Notes under the pieces: generated by a model
Seen by the model: only the letters and a program-made list of their open reading frames with translations
The model's database searches: none
What the model was told of the DNA's origin: nothing
Program-made: the position numbers and the translations under genes
DNA from: a virus
Virus record (IMG/VR): IMGVR_UViG_3300030202_002822
DNA length: 64,000 nt
Direction: 5' to 3' (one strand)
Part shown: positions 1 to 10,317 of the stretch, piece by piece
Layout: every line of letters starts with the position of its first letter
Numbering within the stretch: the stretch's first letter is position 1

Positions 1-2024
1 TTAGACCCTTCAAGAAATACCTCGGTATTGCTATTACCAATATTGGTATATGATGAAGCTCTAACGATTATATCATTATTAAAATCACCTATTTTTACTT
101 TGGTTGATTGCCCTGAAATAAATACATTACTACATGCGTCTCCAATATCAAAAAAACCACCACTACCAAAAAAGCCTATGTTGGAACAATTAATACCTAT
201 ATTAGAAATACCAACACCTTCTCCATCAACCACCTTTATACCAGTACAACCATCACCAACATTCATATAATAACCTAGCATAATTTCAGCGTCACGTACA
301 TTACTACCTATTGTTGTATATCTTGTATTTAGTAATGATATTCTTCTTGATTTAACGCCTATTTTTGCGCCCGCTGCGCTAAACATTACAATGTCTTTAG
401 CTTGACTTTCTATTTGAAATGGATAACTATCTCTAATCCAAATGTTTGACCCTCTGTCACCAATGTATGAGGCTGAAGCTGAATTCATATTATTTTCTAG
501 TGATGATGAAGTATTAAACCCATCAGGGAATGTTGCAGGTGTAGATTGGTATAAGCCTTCACCATTAGCGCCAGCACCATTCCAGACTAAGTCAATATCT
601 TGACACTCACTCTCAATTGTTATATTGCTGGATTGACTTATTCTTATGTTGGTCATCCAATCACCTAAATTATTATTATCTGAATACCTTGAGAAAACTA
701 GTGTATTATAGCTACCTAGAGTGTTGTTGGTACCTTGAGCCATATAAGACACATTAGTGTTGTTATTGCCTATTGTTAATCGTCTATTTCCAGGAGCAAC
801 ACTTACGTTTCTATTATTATTACCTATTGTGATATTCTCACCATAATTTTTTGTTGTAGCTGTTGTACTGGTATAAAATGGTCCTGAAGTCTTACCCCCT
901 ATTATAATGTTTTCATTGTTATCCCCTATTTTTAGTTCCTTAATAGTTTTACCAATAACCATTACCCCACTAGCGTTTTTACCAATCGTTACGTTTTCTG
1001 CAGACCTAGTAAAGAATACAACGTTAGCTATATTACCATATAGGTTTGATGTTAGTACATTTTCATTTGTAACGTATATACCACTTCCAACATTACCACT
1101 ACCTATTATTCTTGCTTGACTATGTGAATTTTTAATGTGTATATTTAAATACCTACCCTTAGTGGATGGAGAACCATAAACACCTGAACCATCGTATAAA
1201 TTAGTGTCTAATCCAACGAATGTTTTAAAATCCCTATATGTGGTTTCAAGTGGAGTGTTTAATGCTCCAATATTTGTATTGCCAGAGTAATTAAAGTTTG
1301 AAAACTTAGGAATCATATCAGATATAGTGATGCCTAAATTATGATGATAGTTTGAATTTGAGTTATAATTTTCCATAACTCTGAAATCAGCTGTCCTAGC
1401 TGATGTTGTGTCCATATCAAATCGTCTGTGTATTACATTCCTCCAGTCATAGTGTGCTGATATATTATTTACGGTATCTTCCCTATATGTTATAAATCCA
1501 GGTCTAGGTTGGTTACCGTCTTCAGTTAAGTTGTCATTGACATCATAGTATATGATATCATTTGGGTATTGTGTTGATTTAGCTTCAACATGGATAACAT
1601 TTCCAGATAAAGCTAATACCGAAAGTGTTTCAGTTTCTGGTACAAGTGTGCTTTTAACCGCTGTACCATCGTCATAGTGAACTGAAGTGTCATTATACTC
1701 AGCGGTAGTGCCACCAATTAAATGCTTAGTAGAATATGGGAATTGATACCATACACCAGGAACAAGTGAATTAGAACTTATAAGTCCAGTAAGTGTAGCG
1801 TAATTTGTTGTAACTGTACCACCAGTAGCGGCACCACCGCCACTACCACCTAGTTCATATATAGCAATTACAGCCCCACCTGAGTTTCTCCAGTATATTA
1901 GTCCGTCACTAAGGTCTTTAAAATAAGTATTATATGGTATTCCACCCCAATCAGATGGGCCATCTACTTCTTTTGTATAATTAATTCCATTACTTCCTGT
2001 AATTTTTTTATCGTATATTCCCAT
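1..2024 (-). CDS. Fibre/tailspike-like virion protein with beta-solenoid repeats, truncated by window edge (>674 aa)
   Basis: Not in ORF track. Manually translated from ATG at 2024 (MGIYDKKITGSNGINYTKEVDGPSDWGGIPYNTYFKDLSDGLIYWRNSGGAV...), open to position 1. Recurrent 'V/I-T/K-IG..N..I' units suggest a beta-helix; N-terminal DWxG module is shared with the 57.8-64 kb fibres. Confidence 0.8.
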   Translation of the reverse strand, partial: MGIYDKKITGSNGINYTKEVDGPSDWGGIPYNTYFKDLSDGLIYWRNSGGAVIAIYELGGSGGGAATGGTVTTNYATLTGLISSNSLVPGVWYQFPYSTKHLIGGTTAEYNDTSVHYDDGTAVKSTLVPETETLSVLALSGNVIHVEAKSTQYPNDIIYYDVNDNLTEDGNQPRPGFITYREDTVNNISAHYDWRNVIHRRFDMDTTSARTADFRVMENYNSNSNYHHNLGITISDMIPKFSNFNYSGNTNIGALNTPLETTYRDFKTFVGLDTNLYDGSGVYGSPSTKGRYLNIHIKNSHSQARIIGSGNVGSGIYVTNENVLTSNLYGNIANVVFFTRSAENVTIGKNASGVMVIGKTIKELKIGDNNENIIIGGKTSGPFYTSTTATTKNYGENITIGNNNRNVSVAPGNRRLTIGNNNTNVSYMAQGTNNTLGSYNTLVFSRYSDNNNLGDWMTNIRISQSSNITIESECQDIDLVWNGAGANGEGLYQSTPATFPDGFNTSSSLENNMNSASASYIGDRGSNIWIRDSYPFQIESQAKDIVMFSAAGAKIGVKSRRISLLNTRYTTIGSNVRDAEIMLGYYMNVGDGCTGIKVVDGEGVGISNIGINCSNIGFFGSGGFFDIGDACSNVFISGQSTKVKIGDFNNDIIVRASSYTNIGNSNTEVFLEGS

Positions 2025-2036
2025 ATTTAATTTTTT

Positions 2037-4463
2037 TTAATTCATTTGGTCCTTTATTATATTTTCATCTTCTATAATCATACCTCCAACAACGTCAGTT
2101 ATAGCCTTAGTGTTATACCTTATAGTTACACCAAAATCGGTTTTTGTGTTATAGGTCATCATCAAATCGTTCCCAGCAACATCAGATTCTAAATAAAAGT
2201 ATTCATCAACGCCAGAAGTGTCTTGTGACGCTGTCACCTTTGCTGTAGAACTAGCGTTAGTCAATGATGTTAGCTCTAAAGCGCATTGCGCTGCAGTTGT
2301 ACCAGTAGTTGTAGTAAAGGTGTGTGCGCTAAAGGTGTTAGTGACACCGCTAGATGATACGGTATAACTTGCAGTACCACCACTAACTAAGACCCTTATC
2401 TTTTCTTTTTCAGCCGCAAATGAATTAATTTTATTTGTGTTAAGTCCTCCACTATATATTCCAACTGTACCACCTGTTATAATTGGTTGGGCGCCGCTAT
2501 AACTACTTTGAGTTGTTAATATTTGACTATTTTGGTCTCTGACTATTATTGTAGCCCCATTGTAAACCACTCTAGTACTTGCAAGTGGTTTAGAGATTTC
2601 ATCCCAATTTCTAACCAACATTAATGTATTTGAGTATGTGTGCGCTGATTGACTGGTATCGCATGGTGCGGATAAGTCACATCTTTCAACGATAGTCCCG
2701 TTTATAATAACGTCTCCACCACTAGGTCTAAATGTCTCACCAAGTACTCCGAATGTAGGCGCTCCTGGTGTTTTTTTAGGTCCAACATTTATTATTGTAC
2801 CACTAGGTATATTTAATCTACCACCAGCCTGACTAATTATAGTGTCTTGAATATCCCAATTACCAAGCAGGTTTACAATACTACTACCTGCTGTCGAAAT
2901 ACTCCAACCCTCAACAAAGTTATAAGTAAATGCAACTTGGGGCCTTTTAGCTTTTTGTAGTCTATAGTTTAAGGTATTGTTTCCAGCAGTTGCTACCACT
3001 AAATATGCATCTGAGGGATTTGCTATAGCGAATGTGTCTCCAGTATAGTTAAAATCACCATTTAATGTTGCGTTTATTACTGCTGTTCCAGCAGCCCATA
3101 GTCTATCTACTAGGTATAAATCAACTAGACCCATAATGGTTCCAAATATGTAACCTAAATGTCCATTAACCTTTAGGTGATGACCAGTAAAGTTGAGTAT
3201 TCTGTCAATTCTACTAACATTTAATGTTATATTATTATTATCTAACCCAATACTATTCATACTGTAAGTTAAATTATAGACATAGTTGACATAGTTGGCG
3301 TTAACTGTACATAATAAACCGTCTAGGTTGGTATCTATATGTACCCCTCCTAAAGTATCACTAGCACCTATAATATCGTCCGCATTAACAGTTAATTTAG
3401 CTGCGTTAGAAGTGCCACCACTAAGTGATGATTGTAGTATTCCTTGAGCTACTGTTGATTTTATTAAAGGACAATCTATTGATGTGTTTGCTTTAATTGC
3501 ACCACTATTATCTGTGATAGTTATTGCAGCGCCACCACTACTTAATATACTTCTTTTACCCTTGAGTATTATGTTTTCATTAGATACTGATACTAAACAA
3601 CCAGTAGAACTATTTTCACATATATCCCATTCATATACTTGCGTGTAATTATTACCTTCTAAGCCATTGTTTTGGAATATGTAACCACAAGAACCAGAAC
3701 CGTAAAATGAACCAGAACCGTATACATTACTTTCTGTTGAGCCAGTTGATTTACCAAACATAGGTCCAGTAGTTGTTTTAGTTACTCTACTATTTGGTTC
3801 AAAGTAGTGATTAACACCTGAAACACTAAGACCATTAGTAGCTGTAGTTGTTGTTGTGTATACTCCGCTTTTAACATGTATAGTATCCCCACTTTGTGCT
3901 ATTTGAGTAGCTAAGTCTAGACTAACTGGAATGTTTATATTACCAATAACATCACCTCTAGTTAATCCAGTTGAGCCAACCTCGGATACAAATATTATGT
4001 CGCCATAATTTGTTGCTGCTGGTAAAATACCACTTAAATCTGTTGTGAAAGCAGAAGCTGCATCCGTTCTATTATAGTATACTGTGGTACCTATAAGAGT
4101 ACTTCCAGTTGTGTAATTATCTATATTTGTATCACCACTTATTGATGATAAATCAACGGTATACGCTGATAGTGAGTCTTTTGTGTTAAAATAAATAGAA
4201 TGACCATCAAGTGTGGCACCTGTTGTAAAATTATCTGGGTTATTTAATATAGGTAACAAATCTACCTCAATAGTGTCGTTGTTAACTTGTGTTAAAATAA
4301 GTGTAGTGCCACTAGTTGACCCTGTAATTATATCTTCACCTTTAAGAAATATAAAGTTATTATCAACATCCTTATGTGTTAATACAGAATTTTTAGTAAA
4401 ATCAGCTGAATTACCGATATATGGACTATTTACTGTTCTTAATGTTAAATTATTAATGGCCAT
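2037..4463 (-). CDS. Fibre/adhesin-like virion protein, 808 aa, probable pectin-lyase-like beta-helix
   Basis: N-terminal 'K.SVLTH.DVDNNFIFLKGE' anchor motif; two FTTG/YTTG shaft repeats; 'AQIAQSGDTIHVKSGVY' beta-helix cap signature; Ser/Thr/Gly-rich. Confidence 0.7.
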   Translation of the reverse strand: MAINNLTLRTVNSPYIGNSADFTKNSVLTHKDVDNNFIFLKGEDIITGSTSGTTLILTQVNNDTIEVDLLPILNNPDNFTTGATLDGHSIYFNTKDSLSAYTVDLSSISGDTNIDNYTTGSTLIGTTVYYNRTDAASAFTTDLSGILPAATNYGDIIFVSEVGSTGLTRGDVIGNINIPVSLDLATQIAQSGDTIHVKSGVYTTTTTATNGLSVSGVNHYFEPNSRVTKTTTGPMFGKSTGSTESNVYGSGSFYGSGSCGYIFQNNGLEGNNYTQVYEWDICENSSTGCLVSVSNENIILKGKRSILSSGGAAITITDNSGAIKANTSIDCPLIKSTVAQGILQSSLSGGTSNAAKLTVNADDIIGASDTLGGVHIDTNLDGLLCTVNANYVNYVYNLTYSMNSIGLDNNNITLNVSRIDRILNFTGHHLKVNGHLGYIFGTIMGLVDLYLVDRLWAAGTAVINATLNGDFNYTGDTFAIANPSDAYLVVATAGNNTLNYRLQKAKRPQVAFTYNFVEGWSISTAGSSIVNLLGNWDIQDTIISQAGGRLNIPSGTIINVGPKKTPGAPTFGVLGETFRPSGGDVIINGTIVERCDLSAPCDTSQSAHTYSNTLMLVRNWDEISKPLASTRVVYNGATIIVRDQNSQILTTQSSYSGAQPIITGGTVGIYSGGLNTNKINSFAAEKEKIRVLVSGGTASYTVSSSGVTNTFSAHTFTTTTGTTAAQCALELTSLTNASSTAKVTASQDTSGVDEYFYLESDVAGNDLMMTYNTKTDFGVTIRYNTKAITDVVGGMIIEDENIIKDQMN

Positions 4464-4475
4464 TTTATTTTTTTT

Positions 4476-4483
4476 ATAAATAT
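4476..4483 (-). promoter_or_regulatory. Candidate late promoter ATATTTAT
   Basis: 12 nt upstream of fibre start 4463. Confidence 0.5.
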
Positions 4484-4510
4484 TATCATTATTTTAATTC
4501 ATCAAAAAAT

Positions 4511-5911
4511 CTATTGTGATATTCTTGAATTACTTTGACTAACAATGTCAAAACTTATTATTTCTTTAGTAGTTGTAACTTCTAAATTAGATACAACCTT
4601 TATATCTAAATAATAAGTTCCTGGTACAAGACTTTCCGTATCTAATAAGAAATAATTAGTATTATTTGCCATATTAACGTTTTGAAAATCTATAACGGTA
4701 TATTCGTTTCTACCTTCCTTTACGTATAAACGATATTTAAGGCTATCTACTAACTGTTTTTGGTTTATTGTATATGGAATTCTAGTTGAGACTATAACCT
4801 TCCTTACATCGCCTCTATATATCCTTTCTTCTGATTTAATACCACTTACTGATAACCCAACATCCTTAGGCAAGTCATAATTATCATTAATATTGTAGTA
4901 TTTGTTACTATCTTTTAATGTAAAGTCTAATTCTATATTTGGTCTGGAAACACCATTAACGGTAATACCTGTCCATGTATCAGTAAAACCAATACAGTCT
5001 GTATTAGCTGTAGTTGTTGGTACATTAATATCTATTGAGTATACTCCCTTTGTAACTTGAGTTACTGCACTTGGGGTTATTGCTGAAAAAACGTCTCCAT
5101 TACCGTCTCTAATTACAACACCAGGAATTGTGTCTAGGTTTGTTGGTGTTCCTCCTAAATTTGAATATAGATATAACTTATTATTCTTATCTAAGTAGAA
5201 ATCGCTTCTATCGTCATTTATTGCATAGTCGTATACTGTTTCAATAAATGGTTCATAAAAAGTTTGTGTATGTCTTGTAAAAAAACCAACATATTTGTGT
5301 TTAGTTGTTTCTGTTTCTTCTAGAGTTCTTACAAATGCTACACCAAGTCCGTAATTTGTTCCACCAGTTATATATCCATTAACTACATCGGTAATATCCA
5401 TTTCAATGTTTTCATTACCCTGTTCAAAGTGTTGTGTAGCTAACACTGTAGGTGAACCTGAGTAAACACCTGGTTGAGACCAATTAACACCTGTTTTGCT
5501 GTTAATCCAGTTTGATGGACAAATCATGCTAGACCCTTCACCTATATATGAACATTCTTCATAATCATAACCGTTACCTTCATCCCAGTCTTGGGTGATT
5601 GGAAAAACTATTAAATCAAAAGAACAAGCTCGGTCTTTACCTGAACATGTTGTTTTCCCTAGTAATTCTTTATCGAACGAACCAGTGTTGGTCATTCTAA
5701 GTGTGTGTTTTAATTTTGTTAAATCTGGATATGTCTTATCGTTATATAAAGTTTGTAACTTAGCTTCGTTAAATTGAAACAGTAGTCTTGTGTATGATTG
5801 GGTAGCGCTTGCCCCACCATAATATAGCTCACTTATAGGATTTCTACCAACATTTATGTTGTTATTGTAGATGATTGTATTGTTTCTATCAAAATATGTA
5901 CGAATTACCAT
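4511..5911 (-). CDS. Conserved structural protein (DNRLRE/disaggregatase-like N-terminal domain plus Ig-like C-terminal domains)
   Basis: Long ORF; 'RLLFQF...FPITQDWDEGNG...NW...W..PG' pattern; candidate late motif 12 nt upstream. Confidence 0.5.
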   Translation of the reverse strand: MVIRTYFDRNNTIIYNNNINVGRNPISELYYGGASATQSYTRLLFQFNEAKLQTLYNDKTYPDLTKLKHTLRMTNTGSFDKELLGKTTCSGKDRACSFDLIVFPITQDWDEGNGYDYEECSYIGEGSSMICPSNWINSKTGVNWSQPGVYSGSPTVLATQHFEQGNENIEMDITDVVNGYITGGTNYGLGVAFVRTLEETETTKHKYVGFFTRHTQTFYEPFIETVYDYAINDDRSDFYLDKNNKLYLYSNLGGTPTNLDTIPGVVIRDGNGDVFSAITPSAVTQVTKGVYSIDINVPTTTANTDCIGFTDTWTGITVNGVSRPNIELDFTLKDSNKYYNINDNYDLPKDVGLSVSGIKSEERIYRGDVRKVIVSTRIPYTINQKQLVDSLKYRLYVKEGRNEYTVIDFQNVNMANNTNYFLLDTESLVPGTYYLDIKVVSNLEVTTTKEIISFDIVSQSNSRISQ

Positions 5912-5923
5912 CTTCTTTTATTA

Positions 5924-5931
5924 ATAAATAT
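5924..5931 (-). promoter_or_regulatory. Candidate late promoter ATATTTAT
   Basis: agATATTTATtaataaa, 12 nt upstream of 5911; same context as 47856. Confidence 0.55.
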
Positions 5932-5940
5932 CTAGTAATT

Positions 5941-7014
5941 TTAATTAATTCGTATATTTTTAGATAACATTGCTTCTTCAAGTATTTCTGCCGCAAAAGT
6001 AAATTGAGCAACTTCCTTTTCCCCCAATACATCGTGGTCGCAAGCTACACCTGTATTGTGATGATGACCAAGTAGGGCTTTTCTCATTAGTACTAAGTAT
6101 TCCACTAAAATATCACCAAAAACTAATTGATGGGCGCCCTTTAGTATTTCTTCCAATTGTTCGTCGTCAATATAGTTAGCTATTACGTTACCTTCTTCGT
6201 CCCTTTTAGTAACTTTAGTTAAACCCATACCAGGTTTTTCTGATGAAAAGTTAGGTGAACCGTCGTAAGATAATAAATTAATTCTATTAGCTACAATATT
6301 TGTCACACTACCCTTTTTAGTAGTTACTTTATTAGTTTTTTTATTTGTTTCTATTATATTAAAGTCACTTTTTATTTGAATGTACCCTGGATTTGTGTTG
6401 TTAAATGTTAATGGTTTTCCTTTATCATTAAACTTAAATTTTCCAGCTCTAATTAAAACTTCATTAGTCCTTTGTATTATATCAGTATTTTCCCTACCCT
6501 CAATTACTACGTTTTGTTTATTTTCATAGACTCCGTTAGGTGTTATACTTGGTGCTGTATTACTTGTACCGTCAACAAAATTAGATAGAGCAGTTATTGA
6601 GTTGTCCTTGTTTAACTTTATTGATGATGATATAATAGGGCCGATATAAAATCTATCATTAAATTTCTCATCGTCACCAATAAGCATTATGATTACAAAC
6701 TCACCCTTTTTAGGTACTAAGTTTGTGTGTTTAGGCATCAATGGAAAACAGTTTGGTAGGTCATATACACTTGGATAATCACCACCACCATCATATTGAT
6801 TACCCACAATAACACATCTAATAGCGTGTTCGTCTGCATTAAAAGCCTCTAAACTTCTATTAGTGTATTTGTCGTATTTTTTGTCTTCTTCATTTCTATT
6901 TTTATTCTCACGACTAGTTGGTGGGTCTAATTTACCCACAGCTACTACCTCAGCGATAAATAGATTTTTACCAGGTTTTTGTAATCCTCTTCCTACGTCT
7001 AATATTTTTCCCAT
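5941..7014 (-). CDS. Baseplate central spike (gp5/gpV/gp138-like OB fold with HxH tip motif)
   Basis: 'AEVVAV...IRC...PL.PK...VPKKGEFV.I...RFYIG' OB-fold pattern, short beta-strand repeats, C-terminal GHHHN. Confidence 0.6.
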   Translation of the reverse strand: MGKILDVGRGLQKPGKNLFIAEVVAVGKLDPPTSRENKNRNEEDKKYDKYTNRSLEAFNADEHAIRCVIVGNQYDGGGDYPSVYDLPNCFPLMPKHTNLVPKKGEFVIIMLIGDDEKFNDRFYIGPIISSSIKLNKDNSITALSNFVDGTSNTAPSITPNGVYENKQNVVIEGRENTDIIQRTNEVLIRAGKFKFNDKGKPLTFNNTNPGYIQIKSDFNIIETNKKTNKVTTKKGSVTNIVANRINLLSYDGSPNFSSEKPGMGLTKVTKRDEEGNVIANYIDDEQLEEILKGAHQLVFGDILVEYLVLMRKALLGHHHNTGVACDHDVLGEKEVAQFTFAAEILEEAMLSKNIRIN

Positions 7015-7029
7015 ATCATATCACTAAAT

Positions 7030-7215
7030 TCACGTACCGTTTGTTCCGTTTATTCTTTTATTTATTACTTTATAAACTTTATTAGCTCTATCTTCTATCC
7101 CCAATAACATATCCCATCCGTTTAGTAGTTGCTCTTTTAATTTTAAATGAGCATTTTTTAATTCGTGTAATTCTTCACGTAGTTGGTCGTTTGTTTTGTT
7201 TTCTAAATCTTCCAT
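7030..7215 (-). CDS. Small coiled-coil hypothetical protein
   Basis: 61-aa ORF filling the gap between co-oriented genes; heptad Leu pattern. Confidence 0.6.
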   Translation of the reverse strand: MEDLENKTNDQLREELHELKNAHLKLKEQLLNGWDMLLGIEDRANKVYKVINKRINGTNGT

Positions 7216-7224
7216 ACAAATAAT

Positions 7225-7659
7225 TTAATATCCACCACCAATACTAGTTATTGGTAGTGTATTACTACCTTGAATAGGACCTACTGGTGAAGCTCCTGTT
7301 ATTTGTATTGACCCTGGTGATATACTTGTTTGAATGACCATGTTTTGTGAAATTTCAGCATGCATTTCTTTAAATGTATGTTTGAATTTTGCTGCATTAA
7401 CGTTTGGTCCATCTGAATATACATCACCCATTGATACTCCAGTCTCAGCTTCAAAATTAGCTATAGCTCTAGACGCCGCATTTCTCCAGCTCATACCTGG
7501 TCTTAATCTAGACCCAACCAACATCAATGCTGGTGGTATTCTTTTTGCTGGTGTCTGCAGCATGGTAAACGCACTCAATAATACGTCTAATAGTCTACTT
7601 ATTGACGTTAAGTCAACTTCTTCGTTTGGTGATTTGTCTGTTGGATTACATTCTGCCAT
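7225..7659 (-). CDS. Hypothetical baseplate-associated protein (possible spike-tip protein)
   Basis: Next to spike gene; Gly/Pro-rich C-terminus (SPGSIQITGASPVGPIQGSNT). Function is inference only. Confidence 0.4.
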   Translation of the reverse strand: MAECNPTDKSPNEEVDLTSISRLLDVLLSAFTMLQTPAKRIPPALMLVGSRLRPGMSWRNAASRAIANFEAETGVSMGDVYSDGPNVNAAKFKHTFKEMHAEISQNMVIQTSISPGSIQITGASPVGPIQGSNTLPITSIGGGY

Positions 7660-7660
7660 T

Positions 7661-9139
7661 TTAGTTAAAATTTGGTATTGGGTGTGTGTTTATTTTATTT
7701 AATTGTGTTATAACACTTTGTGGTACTCCAGCGTAACTTAAAAGTGTATTTACATAATTTTTAGCCTTTTCTATTTGGTCGTCAGCAAATTTTTCTTTAA
7801 GTCTAATTGTTATATATAGTAATGCTAAATTAAGTAGCATATTTAAAAGCATGTTTAAAACTATCTTAGCTATATTTTTAACTAGTTTTCTATTTTTCTT
7901 AATAAAATCTATAGGTCCATCGTAAGTACTACCCTTACCATATATTATTTGATGATTAATAGCAAATAATGATATAAATTCTGGTGTAATTACAGATGTC
8001 ATGATTACCATTTGTAATTTTCTTATTATTTCTATAAAAAAGTTAGTTTTAATTGTTGGTTTGTTTACACTATTTGAAGCAAAATTAGACTGAGTAGTAG
8101 CTAAATTATCTAATGCGTTTGCCACTGCTTTTGTTTCTTCCGCTTTAGTTGTTGTTGTTAATATTGCCGCTATTTCGTTAGACACGGTTTCTAGTGTGAT
8201 TTGAACCGCTAAATTATCACAAGTCTTAAGCTCTCTTATACCGTTTTGTCTATTGTTTGTTTCTCTATCTATTTTTGCTAGTGTTGGGTTATCAAAGGTA
8301 AAGAAGTTATCTGTGATATTATTATCTTCAGAATTAATTATACAATTAAGTACTTCTTTAACTTCAAGTTCTTTTTGTATTTGTTTTTTACTTTTACCTA
8401 TCCCACTTGCTGAACTTAATGAACCAAAAAGTTCTTCCATTATTAGACTTATTACCTTAGGTGAATCTAATGAAAATGGGTTACCAAATAAAGATAATGT
8501 ATCTATAAAGTCATTATTAAACTCTGGTAGTGTTTTGTTTGAATAACCTGGACTTGTTGTGTATTTTATTATATTATTTCTTGAAGGGCTAGTAGGTGTA
8601 GCAACTGTGCTTTCAAAAAAAGTACTTTCGAGTATATCTGTACCCATACCCCATCTTGTAGCTGTGGTAGGTGTTTGAATTGTGTAATACAAATACGTAT
8701 TAAAGTCTTTGCTAGCTACACCACTAGGTACGTCCGTATAAACTAGACTACCTGCAACACTTGTTGGGTCTGTTCTCATTATATCATAAAAGTCAATATT
8801 AGGAATTTTTAATTCAACACCAGTTCCACCATGTTGGAACCATGTTGGTATTGATGGGTTTACACTACAAGATACTAGTTCTTTTAACTCCCTTTTTAGT
8901 CCGTCTTTAATTGCTAATTCTATTTCTGGTAATCTATTTGTGATTGAATCAACAACATAGTCTCTTAGGGCTTTAGCACCAACTAAAGCTACAGTGAAAT
9001 CAACTAAAAAATCAGTACTATTTAACTCATTATTAATAGACTGAATTGAACTGTTAAACTTATCCTTTGTTACTTTAGATAATGCGGTTATAGCGGATAA
9101 TTTTGCAAAAACCTGTCTTTTTTTGTCTACAATTGCCAT
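7661..9139 (-). CDS. Hypothetical structural protein, 492 aa
   Basis: Long ORF tightly packed in the baseplate operon; hydrophobic helical C-terminal stretch. Confidence 0.55.
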   Translation of the reverse strand: MAIVDKKRQVFAKLSAITALSKVTKDKFNSSIQSINNELNSTDFLVDFTVALVGAKALRDYVVDSITNRLPEIELAIKDGLKRELKELVSCSVNPSIPTWFQHGGTGVELKIPNIDFYDIMRTDPTSVAGSLVYTDVPSGVASKDFNTYLYYTIQTPTTATRWGMGTDILESTFFESTVATPTSPSRNNIIKYTTSPGYSNKTLPEFNNDFIDTLSLFGNPFSLDSPKVISLIMEELFGSLSSASGIGKSKKQIQKELEVKEVLNCIINSEDNNITDNFFTFDNPTLAKIDRETNNRQNGIRELKTCDNLAVQITLETVSNEIAAILTTTTKAEETKAVANALDNLATTQSNFASNSVNKPTIKTNFFIEIIRKLQMVIMTSVITPEFISLFAINHQIIYGKGSTYDGPIDFIKKNRKLVKNIAKIVLNMLLNMLLNLALLYITIRLKEKFADDQIEKAKNYVNTLLSYAGVPQSVITQLNKINTHPIPNFN

Positions 9140-9141
9140 AA

Positions 9142-9531
9142 TTAATCTTCGGTTTCGTCAAGTTCATTATTCTTAGAATTTTCTTCCATCATTTTCCTAA
9201 CGGCTTTAAAATCACTTAAAGAAACTTTACCTCCGTTACCAGATTGGTCTGGATTGTTAGTTCCCTTATTTTTAATTAAATCGCTTTGTAATTTAGCTAT
9301 TTCTAGCTTAATTCTCATGGCCGAATCTTTAATCTTAAGTGCGCTAGTTTTTTGAGCTGCTATTTTAGTTAAATCGTCAACATCTTCGGGTTCTGCAGCA
9401 TTACCCATTTCATTTATGTTATTTTGTGCTGCTGTAATATTGGCACACGCATCATTATATGTTTCTTGTAATAACCCTTCTAGACTATCAGTATTGTTTG
9501 TTTTGATTTGTTGTTTCTTTTTCCTAGGCAT
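9142..9531 (-). CDS. Hypothetical helical protein (possibly terminase small subunit-like)
   Basis: 129 aa, coiled-coil core, candidate late motif upstream; terminase idea rests only on size and helical layout. Confidence 0.35.
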   Translation of the reverse strand: MPRKKKQQIKTNNTDSLEGLLQETYNDACANITAAQNNINEMGNAAEPEDVDDLTKIAAQKTSALKIKDSAMRIKLEIAKLQSDLIKNKGTNNPDQSGNGGKVSLSDFKAVRKMMEENSKNNELDETED

Positions 9532-9547
9532 ATTTATGTGTTTATAT

Positions 9548-9555
9548 ATAAATAT
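9548..9555 (-). promoter_or_regulatory. Candidate late promoter ATATTTAT
   Basis: ATATTTATatataaacac, 16 nt upstream of 9531. Confidence 0.55.
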
Positions 9556-9572
9556 TAAAAAAAATAGTTTTT

Positions 9573-10316
9573 TTATTCAATGCCATTTTCCATACCATCT
9601 ATTTTAACTATATCATATAGTAGTTTATATCGTTTCATGGCTAGTCTTATATCCTTAGTATTTAACCCAGTATACCTACGCATACTTTCAAGTATTGAGT
9701 TTTTATTAAACTTGGTTCCTCCACTCATTAAGTCTAGTGTTATTTCCCAGTCTCTAAGTATGTCAACTAAAGCAAAACCTACTTTTATTTCGTTTTCATT
9801 TAGTTTCTTTTTACCTACAATACCATTACCTTCAAGTTCATTATCTATACTATCAATTAGTTTATTAATAAACTTACTCATAGTAAATTCCTGGTCATCC
9901 AGTTCATAATGAAAATTGTCATTCGACTCCAATACGGCGCCAACATTTTCATATGAATCAACTTGTTTTGTTTTCTTTTCATCGGCTATTAATAGGCCGA
10001 GTATATAATTTTTACAAATTGTCCCGTAATAAGAATACGCTTTCTTACCTTTAGAATTTTCAAATTTATGAGCTTTTGTTATTAGGAAAGAAAGAGTGTC
10101 AGAGTGTAAATGTTCAAACGACTCCATTTTTCTATATAGTTTGTACTTCCTAATTATTGATTCAATCATCTTATTGAGTGGCTCTCTTAGCCACTCATTA
10201 TAGATTGCATTCCTTTCTTTTTCGTTCTCTGCGTCTAAAAATAATAGAACAGCGGTTTCTTGTTCGGGACCAAAGTATAAATCATTTTTCCTTTTACGTC
10301 CTCGTTTCTTAGCCAT
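9573..10316 (-). CDS. Phage RNA polymerase sigma factor (T4 gp55-like late sigma)
   Basis: 'KAHKFENSKGKKAYSYYGTICKNYILGLLIADEKK' matches the sigma region-2 pattern of gp55-like proteins (KF....AF.YFT.I..N..L..I..EKK). Confidence 0.65.
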   Translation of the reverse strand: MAKKRGRKRKNDLYFGPEQETAVLLFLDAENEKERNAIYNEWLREPLNKMIESIIRKYKLYRKMESFEHLHSDTLSFLITKAHKFENSKGKKAYSYYGTICKNYILGLLIADEKKTKQVDSYENVGAVLESNDNFHYELDDQEFTMSKFINKLIDSIDNELEGNGIVGKKKLNENEIKVGFALVDILRDWEITLDLMSGGTKFNKNSILESMRRYTGLNTKDIRLAMKRYKLLYDIVKIDGMENGIE

Positions 10317-10317
10317 T

